37,362 nt of DNA from a virus. Lineage: Duplodnaviria; Caudoviricetes. The translations under genes were made by a program, and so were the position numbers. The notes beneath the pieces were generated by a model. The model ran no database searches, was not told the DNA's origin, and saw only the letters and a program-made list of their open reading frames with translations. Position 1 is the stretch's first letter, and the number at the start of each line of letters is the position of its first letter. This document shows, in pieces, positions 25,148 through 35,289 of the stretch. Location: the IMG/VR virus record IMGVR_UViG_3300022670_000254, positions 1 through 37,362 of that record, one strand, 5' to 3'.

Positions 25148-26565
25148 TAGAATGCCTCTCCAACTTCCACCGTGGCCCTTGCAACAGTCAAAGACCTATC
25201 GACAGGATCACTAATTGATAATTCATAGACCCAACTATCACCAACGCCAACTTCCTCATATATAACCTTAGTCTTATATTCGCCAATTTTACCAAGGGGT
25301 TCAAATCTTTGGTTAGAGAATGTATTGCCGCCATCGTTAGACGTTCTCAGCATTACAAGGGGGTTAACACCTTGCCCAGTAACTTTACCCACGCCAACTT
25401 TAAATAAAAGTTCTAAACGATTAACAAGAATTTCAGCGCCATCAGATTCTATTTCAGGGCTGGTTAACAAAGCAATCATTGTGTTGCCGTCTTCTTCTTG
25501 AGCGCCTCGGGTTAATTCGTAAATCTTACCGCTTGCATGATCGCCAACTAAATGTTTACCAAAAGCCTTAATATACCCATTAGCCCTCCAACGGCCTAAA
25601 CCGAAGCTTTCACGCTCATGCCAAAGTTGGGTAGTGCTATCATAAACCCATGTGCTTGAAACACCGGGGGCTGTCACATTAGACAATTGAAGAACATAAA
25701 ATTCATGGCCTTTTTGTTTGTAACTATACCCTGTGGCGTCCACAATATCACTTGAGGCAATAACATCTTCCACGGCATGGGTTGAAATCCTTTGCGGGAC
25801 ATCTTCATTCAAGACTTGCACCACACCATCCCGATCAAGCCAAACAATCCTATTATCAAACTTGGTGATTGAATAAGTAGCGCCCAATCCTGAAGGATAA
25901 ACAATATTATTTAAAGGTAAGAATGGGAAATCAGCAGCGCCCGCATTATACCAAACTTCAATTGTGTCACGACCGAATAAATACAATCGTCTTATATCAC
26001 TAAAAACCGCCCTAAGAAAATCAGGATCACTTTCAGCCCTTGCAACATCGCTAGGGTCAACGGTGTTAAAATCATTTAAGGCTGTTATGCCCCATGCCCC
26101 TACTGTTGTGGGGATCTCAAAAATTCCGAATTGATCAAGAAATGACAAAGACCTAGCATCTTGGGGGAAATCACCATCCGAAATGGTCGCTAAAACATAC
26201 GTTGATTTTGGTATGTAATAAGCTGTTGTCCCTGTCACGATACCGATCTGGTCAGCATTTTCCGTTATAATAACGGGCCCTGTTCCAAGAATAGTTCCTT
26301 TTAATGTGCCGTCGCCAGCACTATCTAATTCATAAAGTTCTGTGCCAATAACAACAAAACATCGATTATTGCTATCAAATATAGCCCCTCTAAATCCGCC
26401 CGTTCCTTCATCACCAAACTCAACAAGCCCAGGAATACCAATCACGGCAACAGGGCTGTTATCACCGGGGGGCCGCGCTTCAGCATACATATTTACAGTG
26501 CGTTGCTTATCCGCTGGTAAATCATCGTTTTTATAGGAATGAATTGCAAAAGGAATTTTAGGCAT
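25147..26565 (-). CDS. Tail hub / packaged DNA stabilisation protein (P22 gp10-like)
   Basis: 472 aa, AESDPD, TIEVW, TWVYD.TTQLWHER, SNDGGNTFS. Confidence 0.9.
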   Translation of the reverse strand: MPKIPFAIHSYKNDDLPADKQRTVNMYAEARPPGDNSPVAVIGIPGLVEFGDEGTGGFRGAIFDSNNRCFVVIGTELYELDSAGDGTLKGTILGTGPVIITENADQIGIVTGTTAYYIPKSTYVLATISDGDFPQDARSLSFLDQFGIFEIPTTVGAWGITALNDFNTVDPSDVARAESDPDFLRAVFSDIRRLYLFGRDTIEVWYNAGAADFPFLPLNNIVYPSGLGATYSITKFDNRIVWLDRDGVVQVLNEDVPQRISTHAVEDVIASSDIVDATGYSYKQKGHEFYVLQLSNVTAPGVSSTWVYDSTTQLWHERESFGLGRWRANGYIKAFGKHLVGDHASGKIYELTRGAQEEDGNTMIALLTSPEIESDGAEILVNRLELLFKVGVGKVTGQGVNPLVMLRTSNDGGNTFSNQRFEPLGKIGEYKTKVIYEEVGVGDSWVYELSISDPVDRSLTVARATVEVGEAF

Positions 26566-26924
26566 TAGAAATATTTCGCTTCCGTAGGCTCATCAGTTTG
26601 ATGAACACGGGATAAATCAGCGATAACGGCCTTATGACCTGTAACGCGGGCTAATAAAAGCTGTATTCTTAATGGTGTGATTGCTAACTCTTCAGCTAGG
26701 GAACCAGCAACGAGGCCAACAAACGCTCTTTCACTCTCCTTGGGCATGTCTGTTATATCAGCACCCCAATAAGCTAAAGGATCTTCACCCCCTGCAAGTT
26801 CGGCCTGCTTTGCTTGTATTCCATCCTCTACATCGGACGCAAGACGCGCATTAACAGTTCCACTTACAGGGAAACGCTTTAACTTTTTAAGAACAAGATC
26901 ACGAAGATCAGCCACGCTACTCAT
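26565..26924 (-). CDS. Head-to-tail adaptor (P22 gp4 position)
   Basis: Helical 119 aa ending in YF, just before the hub gene. Confidence 0.6.
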   Translation of the reverse strand: MSSVADLRDLVLKKLKRFPVSGTVNARLASDVEDGIQAKQAELAGGEDPLAYWGADITDMPKESERAFVGLVAGSLAEELAITPLRIQLLLARVTGHKAVIADLSRVHQTDEPTEAKYF

Positions 26925-26927
26925 GTT

Positions 26928-27167
26928 TTATTTCCCTTTATCGGCAGCAGCCTTTTTAGGGGCCGCTTCTTTTTTGGGTGTTTCAGCCTTTTTAGGGGCC
27001 GAGGCTTTCACCTCAGCAAAATGAGAGTTGTTTTGCAATTTACCAATCGCATAAGGGTCTTTCACTTCTGAAGCTTTGCCTTTTTTGAATTCAACACCGA
27101 ACGCAGTAACTACATCGGGCATTAATTCTTTGGTTTTTGGTTCACCAATAAACTTAAATTTTGCCAT
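26928..27167 (-). CDS. Small Lys/Ala-rich head-region protein
   Basis: FGVEF.KG...V....KL..NSHF plus basic tail. Confidence 0.7.
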   Translation of the reverse strand: MAKFKFIGEPKTKELMPDVVTAFGVEFKKGKASEVKDPYAIGKLQNNSHFAEVKASAPKKAETPKKEAAPKKAAADKGK

Positions 27168-27170
27168 GAT

Positions 27171-27641
27171 TTAATCCAGTGTATAAAAGAGTTCAAGGGA
27201 AATATCCCCACCAGTATTGGCATCAGCATCAACAAGAGAAACGAACACTTCAAGGTTTCCGCCTGGGTCAGTCGTTTGACCGTTGACAAATTCCCAAGCC
27301 CGTTGACCAAGCAATTCAATACCACCAACAGCACGAGCATCAACAACGCCCGTTACGTCATGCCCATTACTTAAAGCGTCGGGGTCATTAGTGATTGCAG
27401 TACCACGCAAGCCAATATCCATTGTTGGAGATCCAGTTGAAGCTAAATCATCACTATAAAAGCGAGAAATGCCCAATAAGCGGGCCTCAGATGGAATACT
27501 AAACATTCCGTAGGTTGATGTGTCACTTGCGGCAGCGGCAACGGTAGCAGTTGCAACCTTGCCTTTGACGTTTCCGCCCCAGCCGTGTCCTTGTACAGCT
27601 TGTGCACCCAGTACAGTACCGGTTACAGTTTCGATAGCCAT
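27171..27641 (-). CDS. Putative capsid decoration/cement protein
   Basis: Beta-rich, downstream of the capsid gene. Confidence 0.6.
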   Translation of the reverse strand: MAIETVTGTVLGAQAVQGHGWGGNVKGKVATATVAAAASDTSTYGMFSIPSEARLLGISRFYSDDLASTGSPTMDIGLRGTAITNDPDALSNGHDVTGVVDARAVGGIELLGQRAWEFVNGQTTDPGGNLEVFVSLVDADANTGGDISLELFYTLD

Positions 27642-27645
27642 TATA

Positions 27646-28002
27646 TTATCCTTTTGTTAAAACGACATTTGAGCCGTTTGTTAATGTTGCGGGAACAGAA
27701 CTCCCAGAAGTATCCGCAATAACAGATGCGGCAGATGCGGCTAAACTGTTTTCAGCCGAGCCAGTATCGGGTAATGAACCACGGGAAACAGTAAAACTAG
27801 ACCCAGGAGATTCGTGCGTGTGGGCATCAAACTTGGCCTTCACGCTAGCTAGGGATGTACCAATCGCCAACAACTCAGTTCTATTTGTGGCTTGGTCATC
27901 CTGTATTTCATTCAAAACCAGAATAATATTATTCAATGTTTTAACTAAATCACCTTGGCCAACACCACTTTCTTTAATATCTGCTTTAAGAGCTACAGCC
28001 AT
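27646..28002 (-). CDS. Putative head fibre/minor virion protein
   Basis: Coiled coil plus FDAHTH motif; follows the capsid gene. Confidence 0.55.
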   Translation of the reverse strand: MAVALKADIKESGVGQGDLVKTLNNIILVLNEIQDDQATNRTELLAIGTSLASVKAKFDAHTHESPGSSFTVSRGSLPDTGSAENSLAASAASVIADTSGSSVPATLTNGSNVVLTKG

Positions 28003-28020
28003 AATTTTATCCTTTCAAGG

Positions 28021-28040
28021 AAAAGGGGGCGCTAACCCCC
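28021..28040 (-). terminator. Terminator after the major capsid gene
   Basis: GGGGGTTAGCGCCCCCTTTT. Confidence 0.7.
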
Positions 28041-28047
28041 ATTAATC

Positions 28048-29130
28048 TTAGCTATCTGCTACACCAGCAAAATAACCGGTTACCATGCCGTGATCCTTAA
28101 GATCGTCGGTGTCTGTGTCGCCAGAACCAAACAGCATTTTGCGTAAGCCGTCCATCTTAGCAACAGACACACCAAACTTATCACCATAATCAAAAGTTTT
28201 GGTAGATGTTTTGGTACGTTTTGCAACAGCGTAAGCAATGGCTTGACAACCAGCAAGAACGGCCCGTTGAACATCGATGCCACCAGCACCAACACCAACT
28301 AGAACAGGCCAATCATCAATTTCGATGATAACCATGCCATCCCAAAGCAAATCGCCACCTGTAAAGAGGATGTTGTCATCGCCACGTGTCATAGCTTCGC
28401 GCTGTGCCTGTGTAATGGTTGAATCATCTTTAAGATCACGGAAAGAACGTGTCCCGGTGTAAACCTTATAGAAACGTTTGTCTTCTGTGACACGTAAAGG
28501 TTTTATTTTAGGGTCAGCATCCAAAGCCATACGTTTCATCAACGAAAGGGCGCTTGTGGTCAACTTATCGGCTGTGTTGTCGATGTTTGCCAAAGACGCA
28601 CTGTGATCATTGCTTGAATTGTTGGATTTAAGGGCACCAAACAACACACGATCAGCATTATCAACTAACCATGCATCTTTTTGGGTTTCAGTGGCAGAAG
28701 CATAAGCCACGCCATTGATAGAACCAAATTCAGCGATGATACGGTCAATAAATTCATCTTTAGACCAATCCATCAACGCCATACGGCCAGCTTTACGCAG
28801 GCTAAGGGCTGAGAATTGCTCATCAGTTTCAGCAACACGGGTTGCATGACGAAGTTGTTGAACGATAACTTTAAAGGACCGCGTATCATGCGCTTCTTCA
28901 TTACCTTCAAGAACAGCACTTCCAAGAACACCCGCACCGGTCAACTTATTAGACAGGGCGAAGGTAACGGAATCACCTTTCCGAGTCATTAAATCTTCCT
29001 TGATTTGGATGATTGCATTGGCGGTTTTACCAATATCTTTAGCAAACCTGTTTGTTTTGAGATATTCTTGATAGAATAAATCATCCCATTGCTGGACGGT
29101 TAAACCAGCGGCGACTCTAGTATCAGCCAT
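28048..29130 (-). CDS. Major capsid protein (DUF4043-like)
   Basis: KGDSVTF.L...L.G.GV.G...LEGNEE, FDYG, DHG motifs; after the scaffold gene. Confidence 0.9.
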   Translation of the reverse strand: MADTRVAAGLTVQQWDDLFYQEYLKTNRFAKDIGKTANAIIQIKEDLMTRKGDSVTFALSNKLTGAGVLGSAVLEGNEEAHDTRSFKVIVQQLRHATRVAETDEQFSALSLRKAGRMALMDWSKDEFIDRIIAEFGSINGVAYASATETQKDAWLVDNADRVLFGALKSNNSSNDHSASLANIDNTADKLTTSALSLMKRMALDADPKIKPLRVTEDKRFYKVYTGTRSFRDLKDDSTITQAQREAMTRGDDNILFTGGDLLWDGMVIIEIDDWPVLVGVGAGGIDVQRAVLAGCQAIAYAVAKRTKTSTKTFDYGDKFGVSVAKMDGLRKMLFGSGDTDTDDLKDHGMVTGYFAGVADS

Positions 29131-29151
29131 TTTACTACTCTTTCTTTGTAA

Positions 29152-29991
29152 CTATCCCCTTTTCCGAGGCTTTCGGTCATGGATTTCTGTCACAATATCT
29201 TCAAGCGGTGTGTGCGTGGTTATAACCTTGCCGTCTCTTCCGGTTTGGTTAGACTCACCGCCTAGGGTTTCGGGTATGGAATCTTTAGTATCTGCAAGTT
29301 CTTGGGCTTTGCCTTCACCTTCGGCCAATACTTCGGCACGAATTTTTTTCCGTTCTTCTTTTTTCCAATCGTCAATATTATCGATCTCACTGTGACGATC
29401 AGCTTTTTCCACATGGTCCATCATGAAATCATATGGATGAGCGTGTTGGAACATCTTATTGGCTAGCGTCGGGTCTTTTTTACATAAACCCTCGAATTGA
29501 TCCATGACACCAGCAACCTTTTCTTCGCCGTGCACTTTTTCAACATCATATTGAGAACGATTTAATTTATCGTTCAAGCGTATATCGGCTTGGGTTTGGT
29601 TGTTCGTGGTGGTTTGTTCGTTGGTATATGCATTGAAACCTTCAGGGTCATCAATAGGATCCGGAATAGGTTTAGGTTCTGCTTTCGGTTTCTTCAAAGC
29701 TTCATTTTCGGCTCTTAACCGTTCATTATCACTTTGAGCTTCCTTGCGTTTACGTTTTTCATCCTGTTGCGCTGCATACGAAGCTTTCTCTCTAGGGGTT
29801 TGTTCTTCATCCTTTGGTGTTGGCGTCTCACCTGGTTTATCGCCCTTATCCTCACCCTCTGGCTTTTCGGCTTTAGGTTCTGCTTCTGGTTTCACCTCGG
29901 GCACATCATCAACAGTTGCCTCTGGTTCATCAATCACATTGGAAATTAAGATGTCATCCAAATCGGTAGGTTTAAATTCTTCGTCTTGCAT
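29152..29991 (-). CDS. Scaffolding protein
   Basis: Acidic, Pro-rich, DEKRKR motif; between portal and capsid. Confidence 0.8.
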   Translation of the reverse strand: MQDEEFKPTDLDDILISNVIDEPEATVDDVPEVKPEAEPKAEKPEGEDKGDKPGETPTPKDEEQTPREKASYAAQQDEKRKRKEAQSDNERLRAENEALKKPKAEPKPIPDPIDDPEGFNAYTNEQTTTNNQTQADIRLNDKLNRSQYDVEKVHGEEKVAGVMDQFEGLCKKDPTLANKMFQHAHPYDFMMDHVEKADRHSEIDNIDDWKKEERKKIRAEVLAEGEGKAQELADTKDSIPETLGGESNQTGRDGKVITTHTPLEDIVTEIHDRKPRKRG

Positions 29992-30057
29992 TATATTTCT
30001 CCTGTTACCCGTAAAGTCGGTATCACTGTTGCCCGAAACCCGGCATCGGTTGAACTA

Positions 30058-31923
30058 TTATCTTAGTTCGAGTGGTGTCTCTAATTCTTGAATTTTCAAA
30101 GCCGTATCAGCTTGGTTTTCCATTGTCTCACTAACGGTTTTATCAGTATCGGCCTGTTTACCAGCGGCTTCCAGTTGAGCTGCTTGGGCCGCGGCTTGTT
30201 GAGCAGCTTGGTTTTGTGTAGCGGCTTCCATTTTTTCTATAATTTTATCTTTATTTCTCAATGTTGAATTTGCTATCAATTCAGGAATTGGAATAGGTAT
30301 ACCATCACGTAGAAGGCCCGCTAATAATATAAATTCTTCATGTCTTAGGGTTGGTAGGTCAGTGATTTCATCCAAGATAATATCAACATTGATTTCAGCG
30401 GGGTCATTTTCAACAGAACCGCTCGGTGAATCAAAAGCCTCTTGGTCCTGTGGTGGTAACGCTTGCACAAGAGCATCAACTTCTTCTTGGGGGATGCCTT
30501 GGTCTAATTTTTCCCTAACAAACTCTTCACCTACAGTGGTGGGACGACTAATGCCAATAAAACGAGGTTTATTCTCATCATCTGTTATCCTAATCCAGCG
30601 TTCGCCTTTCCAGAATTGTTTAATTAATAGCCAGTTGCCCTCATAAACACGAATATCAAGGTTACGCCCTGCATCCATGTAAGGGGTTAAAGGTGTAAAA
30701 CCTCCCACTTGTTGCCGTTGGATTGCAATACCACTGTCACCGGCCCCGCTTTGTCCGCTTAGAGCAGGATTAGGGCCTTGATTGTTAATTTCATTCTTGG
30801 CTTCCTGCATAAGGGCAAGGTTTTGAGAAATTTGGTCGTTATGGTCGATGATTTGAAGTTGCTCATGTTTATTTAATTCAACTCCGCCATCAGCACGGTT
30901 TAATTCCTTTTTCACCTTAGCAACAGTATTGCCGCTGCCTTTTTCAAGTTTAAACTGCCTCATGGTCATCAAGTGAAGGGCTTTTGACTTCCGCATATTC
31001 ACTTCTTTTTGTGGGGAAATCATATCACGGACCACACCAGAACGCTGATTATCACGATCAACATACGTCGCTTGTGTCAAAATGTTATTCCATGGTTCGC
31101 CGTCTTCATCCAGATAAGGAATAGTCGTTCCACCTGACAACAAGCCGGAAAACGTAAACACGGCCCAATTCCACACGCCTTTAAATTTATAGTTCATGCG
31201 AATGATACGGATTCTCTTACGTGTTTTGTCGCTCCACACCTGTTCACGGGGTTTATCTTCGTATTTGTCGTTCTGTGCTGTTGTGCCCGCCGTGTTATCA
31301 CCATCAGACAAGGAATCAGTTAAAACATCTTCTTTGTCGGGCCATTTCAAACGGGCTGTCACAAGGTCCATCCATATGGCCTCGCCTAGATATTTTGCAT
31401 CAAGGCCGCTGTTTTCAGATGAATGAGGCTCAATAAAACCACGGCTCCAAGGAATACGGCGGTTAGTAATAACAGCTTGATCACCCTTAAACTCAACCCC
31501 TAACTCAATGTAGCAAGATCCTTCAATAGCCATTTCTTCACGTAGTTTGGTGCGGGTGTCGCTGTATTTTGTATTGTCATAAACAAACCTAAGGGCATCG
31601 GTGGCAGCATCAGCGGCGTTCTCATCACCTGGATTGCGAGCCCATGCTTTAGGCTGTGTCCGTGATTGAATTTCAAGGCCTTTAATGGTGTTGATGTCTT
31701 TACGTATCATGTTCGAGGTCATTATAGGCTGCCCACGGGCCTCAAGTTCTCTAATCTGGGTGGCAGTCCATTGAATGCCGTCATAGAAATCACGGTCACG
31801 CTCAGAACGTTGGTCGGCATCTTGGAAAGCCTCAACACTATCCTCAAACCATTTTCTTAATATAGCAATGGCGGGAACGCTATCAACATCCTTTAAAGCG
31901 TCTTCTGTTTCATTGTCAGCCAT
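30058..31923 (-). CDS. Portal protein (P22-like)
   Basis: DRDFYDG.QW, RGQP...N.I, G.VRDM.SPQ.EVN.R.SK, SG.AIQRQQ. Confidence 0.93.
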   Translation of the reverse strand: MADNETEDALKDVDSVPAIAILRKWFEDSVEAFQDADQRSERDRDFYDGIQWTATQIRELEARGQPIMTSNMIRKDINTIKGLEIQSRTQPKAWARNPGDENAADAATDALRFVYDNTKYSDTRTKLREEMAIEGSCYIELGVEFKGDQAVITNRRIPWSRGFIEPHSSENSGLDAKYLGEAIWMDLVTARLKWPDKEDVLTDSLSDGDNTAGTTAQNDKYEDKPREQVWSDKTRKRIRIIRMNYKFKGVWNWAVFTFSGLLSGGTTIPYLDEDGEPWNNILTQATYVDRDNQRSGVVRDMISPQKEVNMRKSKALHLMTMRQFKLEKGSGNTVAKVKKELNRADGGVELNKHEQLQIIDHNDQISQNLALMQEAKNEINNQGPNPALSGQSGAGDSGIAIQRQQVGGFTPLTPYMDAGRNLDIRVYEGNWLLIKQFWKGERWIRITDDENKPRFIGISRPTTVGEEFVREKLDQGIPQEEVDALVQALPPQDQEAFDSPSGSVENDPAEINVDIILDEITDLPTLRHEEFILLAGLLRDGIPIPIPELIANSTLRNKDKIIEKMEAATQNQAAQQAAAQAAQLEAAGKQADTDKTVSETMENQADTALKIQELETPLELR

Positions 31924-33485
31924 TAATCATTTTCCCAAATAGTTTCTTCGTTTTCATCGGCCCAAGGGTCACCCCATATATCGTTAGGGTCGGTGGGTTT
32001 CTCTTCTGAGACCATAGCATCAGGCATTTCTTCCAATGCAACACCAATTAAAGCGACGGCATCAACAAAGTCATCAAACTTACCGCCCGGAAACTTAAGT
32101 AATTGATTTAACCCGCGCTCACCATAAGCATTATTAACAATGTGGACCTTGCCCATTGATGCAAGACCTTGAAAGGCGCGGGCTGTAATTTCTTTCTTAT
32201 GTGACCTGTTGAACCATTCACGACGACAAAAGGCATTTTGCTTAATCATTTCCTTTTTCAGGAAAGGTTCAATTGCCCGCCTAATCTGTCCCTTTTCACC
32301 AAAACATGTGAAGGGTTTAAACCTCAATATCAGCTTTATAAGCTCGTCAATCCAAGTATCGGACTCTTCTTGACCATACCAACCGCTAACAATCCAAATA
32401 TCGCCAATAGGATCGATACCAACCACCACATGCTCGGTGAAATCGCCAGCGTCTTCGGTTACGGCGTAATCACTAACAATATAATAATCAAGGTTCCTTG
32501 GTCGATCGATGGGCTCAAATCTCTTGAACCACTCTCGTTTGAAGAATGTTCCATCCTCAGCCGTTGGCATTTGCTGGATTAACGAACTAACATCACGGGG
32601 CGATAAAGTATTGATTTTCTTTTTAATTGTTGAGCCTAAATATTCAGGCCATAGAACCTCGCCAACCTTGCGGCCTAATATATCATTTTCCCTAGCCTCA
32701 CCGGGGAAACATAAAACATACCATTTTTCAGGGCTTCCATCGGCTTCAAATAATGACTTGCTTTCAAACCACCCGCTCTCACCATTCCAATCATCGGGAA
32801 GGATTTTACCGGATAGATCATTTTCATTCCAACGGGTTTGAATAATTATCCTTGCGGCGTCTGGTTTAAGCCTTGTGTCAAACTCAGTTAAAAACCATTG
32901 CCATGTATTTTCTTGGGTTGTTTCACTGTCAGCCTCTTTACGGCCCTTAACAGGATCATCAACAATACCCAAATCAGTACGGCGCCCAGTAACACCACCA
33001 TCAACACCGACAGCGTAATACTCGCCGCCTTCTGTGGTTGTCCAATCACCTTTAGCCTGACTGTCTTGGGAAAGCTTTACGCCAAATATTTCTTCAAACT
33101 CTAAACTATCAACAGTATTTCTAACCTTTTTGCCAAACCTTTCAGCAAGGGCAGCGGCATAACTGGCCGAAATTATATTCTTAGTCGGGTTCCTTCCAAC
33201 ATACCAACTTGGAAACAACCAACTGCAAAACTTTGACTTCGCAGAGCCTGGGGGCATCAAAACAATTAAGTTCTTAATATCACCACGTTCAACCTCTTCA
33301 AGCTTTTCACATAATACTCGGCTGTGATAGGCGGGCGGCTCATCAGGCGTGATTGTCCTCGTGAACGCGCTTAGACTGTCCTTCGATTGTCTTCGGGCCG
33401 TCTCCTGCTCCAATGCCTGCAATAGATCGGACGCTGGCAAGAAGTTTGTCAAGTTCTGAAGGGCTGAGTCCTGCGATGATCTCAT
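31923..33485 (-). CDS. terL: Terminase large subunit
   Basis: MPPGSAKS, GIVDDPVK, IQTRW..NDL.G, FP.GK.DD.VDA nuclease motif; start codon uncertain. Confidence 0.95.
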   Translation of the reverse strand: MRSSQDSALQNLTNFLPASDLLQALEQETARRQSKDSLSAFTRTITPDEPPAYHSRVLCEKLEEVERGDIKNLIVLMPPGSAKSKFCSWLFPSWYVGRNPTKNIISASYAAALAERFGKKVRNTVDSLEFEEIFGVKLSQDSQAKGDWTTTEGGEYYAVGVDGGVTGRRTDLGIVDDPVKGRKEADSETTQENTWQWFLTEFDTRLKPDAARIIIQTRWNENDLSGKILPDDWNGESGWFESKSLFEADGSPEKWYVLCFPGEARENDILGRKVGEVLWPEYLGSTIKKKINTLSPRDVSSLIQQMPTAEDGTFFKREWFKRFEPIDRPRNLDYYIVSDYAVTEDAGDFTEHVVVGIDPIGDIWIVSGWYGQEESDTWIDELIKLILRFKPFTCFGEKGQIRRAIEPFLKKEMIKQNAFCRREWFNRSHKKEITARAFQGLASMGKVHIVNNAYGERGLNQLLKFPGGKFDDFVDAVALIGVALEEMPDAMVSEEKPTDPNDIWGDPWADENEETIWEND

Positions 33486-33744
33486 TTAATGGGTTCCCGT
33501 CTCTTACAAGAATTTCTTTTGGCAACAGTGAGGCAACAACACGAAGGTAATTTGATGGGCTTTTCTTTGCACATTCTTCCAGTGCTGTTTTGCCATGCTC
33601 TTTCCAACTTGCAGCAAGGTCCTTAATGAAATCCTCGCCCAGCTTATTCCTCGAACCTTTGGGCCTGCCTTTAGGATTGCCACTAACACCGGGGGCAAAC
33701 TTAGATACTTGTTTACCACTTGTATTATCAGGTTTGTCACCCAT
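33343..33744 (-). CDS. terS: Terminase small subunit (DUF5681-like N-terminus)
   Basis: FAPGVSGNPKGRPKGSRNKL; immediately upstream of terL. Confidence 0.8.
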   Translation of the reverse strand: MGDKPDNTSGKQVSKFAPGVSGNPKGRPKGSRNKLGEDFIKDLAASWKEHGKTALEECAKKSPSNYLRVVASLLPKEILVRDGNPLNEIIAGLSPSELDKLLASVRSIAGIGAGDGPKTIEGQSKRVHEDNHA

Positions 33745-33786
33745 TTTGGTTTCCTCAGTATCTAGGATAATGTTTTGGTTTCATGT

Positions 33787-34083
33787 TCATGGTCTTTTTC
33801 CCGTAAGTTCAAAGTATAAATCGCCCATATCTTTATTAAATCTAACTTGGTCTTTGTGGTTTCTTTCAAAGTCAGTAATCAGCAATTGTGATCTTATGGC
33901 CCATTGTACGGCAATCGGTTTGTCAGCAACAATATTTATTGTGGGCCTTATGTTTGTTCTTAGGTTGTGCAGTCTGTCGCTAAACCAGTAATAAGAATTA
34001 ACCGCAAACCTAGCAGCCCAATCAAATGTCAAATATATTTCAGACTTTAAATCTTTTATGTCAGCGTATTTTAATTTACTCAT
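33787..34083 (-). CDS. Hypothetical protein
   Basis: ATGA overlap. Confidence 0.65.
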   Translation of the reverse strand: MSKLKYADIKDLKSEIYLTFDWAARFAVNSYYWFSDRLHNLRTNIRPTINIVADKPIAVQWAIRSQLLITDFERNHKDQVRFNKDMGDLYFELTGKRP

Positions 34084-34265
34084 CTCATTTTATCTCTAAT
34101 TAGCTTAGTATCCTTCTTATAGCTCGAAGGATTGCCGTACAATGACTTGTGGGCTTGTTGCAATAAAGCGTCTTTATCCTCAATATTTGGGTGTCTTTGG
34201 TTCTTAGCGCGAAATTCTAGAACTAATGACTGAAACTTCTGCGTTATGTCTTGTGTTTTACTCAT
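34080..34265 (-). CDS. Hypothetical protein (probable start MSKTQ)
   Basis: Overlaps both neighbours. Confidence 0.6.
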   Translation of the reverse strand: MSKTQDITQKFQSLVLEFRAKNQRHPNIEDKDALLQQAHKSLYGNPSSYKKDTKLIRDKMR

Positions 34266-34638
34266 CACCAACACCTGCTTGAATAACTAAGGCACCACGG
34301 GCCACGGTACGAAGCTTACTGTTTAGGGTTAGTTGCGCATCCCAAACATATAAATCGCTTAGTTCTGATGTGTCTGAGGGGGCCAAGGATACGGTAAATT
34401 CGCCATTGGCAGCATCGGTTATAACAATCCCATCAGTTAAACTTTTCGTGATATCCCGTGAGGCATTGGAGTTTTTTGATACATGAAATTCAATAGGTGT
34501 CGCCCCGGTGATATTAACAACAGCGCCAGCTTCATCAAGGCACCTAATCAGTATATCCCTATCATTACCACGGGAAAGACGTATCCTTACAACAGGACCT
34601 TTACGTCCACCCAAGTCATAAAATCCAGAAATTCTCAT
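34258..34638 (-). CDS. BppU-N-like Ig-fold virion protein
   Basis: RGND......D..G..VNITGA...I.DAANG.F.V.L.PSDT..L...YVWD.Q. Confidence 0.7.
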   Translation of the reverse strand: MRISGFYDLGGRKGPVVRIRLSRGNDRDILIRCLDEAGAVVNITGATPIEFHVSKNSNASRDITKSLTDGIVITDAANGEFTVSLAPSDTSELSDLYVWDAQLTLNSKLRTVARGALVIQAGVGDE

Positions 34639-34650
34639 GATTTTTCCAAT

Positions 34651-34726
34651 AAAAAACCGCCCAAGATTTCCCTAGGCGGCATTCCTCAATTAACTGAACT
34701 ATGTCCTAAAACTGGTAAGTTGTCAA
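34651..34726 (-). promoter_or_regulatory. Putative late promoter followed by a terminator (pR'/tR'-like)
   Basis: TTGACA (34726-34721), 17 bp, CATAGT; hairpin CCGCCTAG...TTGGGCGG plus T6 at 34680-34651. Confidence 0.55.
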
Positions 34727-34845
34727 AATTTATTTTATTTGTGGTTATTTAATCACAGGTATTTTGCCATAAATGAGACACCATCTGACTAGATCATCAG
34801 TTATCATAACACCACTTTTAATCCTGACATTTCCGATTAAAGCTT

Positions 34846-35154
34846 TCATAACTTTACCTTCCTGATCGTGTTGATTTTTGGTGAAACATGGCTTTCATGT
34901 ATCCTCATTTTCAATACTTTTATTTCCTTATCTGACCATTGCGTACTATTGTACCAATCAAAATCATCTTCTCGCAATGCCTCAAGTCTTTTGAATTGAT
35001 TAGCAATATCATCGCCAATAGTAGGCCCGTGACCCATGTTAATAGCCCGACCAGATACTTCAGGCTTAGGCGTATTAAACACAGTGGGAGCGACAACAGC
35101 GGTTGCAGTTGCCCCTAAAATACCTTTAATAAATCCGCGTCTAGTCGTTTTCAT
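34846..35154 (-). CDS. Protein with twin-arginine (Tat)-like signal
   Basis: MKTTRRGFIKGILGATATAVVAP. Confidence 0.65.
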   Translation of the reverse strand: MKTTRRGFIKGILGATATAVVAPTVFNTPKPEVSGRAINMGHGPTIGDDIANQFKRLEALREDDFDWYNSTQWSDKEIKVLKMRIHESHVSPKINTIRKVKL

Positions 35155-35289
35155 GATTAATATCCTTCATTGAGTTTTTCATTAATTGACCAAGGTTCCA
35201 AGTCTGCGAATATTCATAATAACCTTGAACACCCCAAAACTTCCACTTAGGCGCGGACTGTATCCATTTTTGTTTCTGCTCACCGTTGT

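Noticed and set aside
17442-33991. Many plus-strand ORFs opposite the structural genes
   Set aside because: Antisense shadows of well-supported minus-strand genes, with no recognisable motifs
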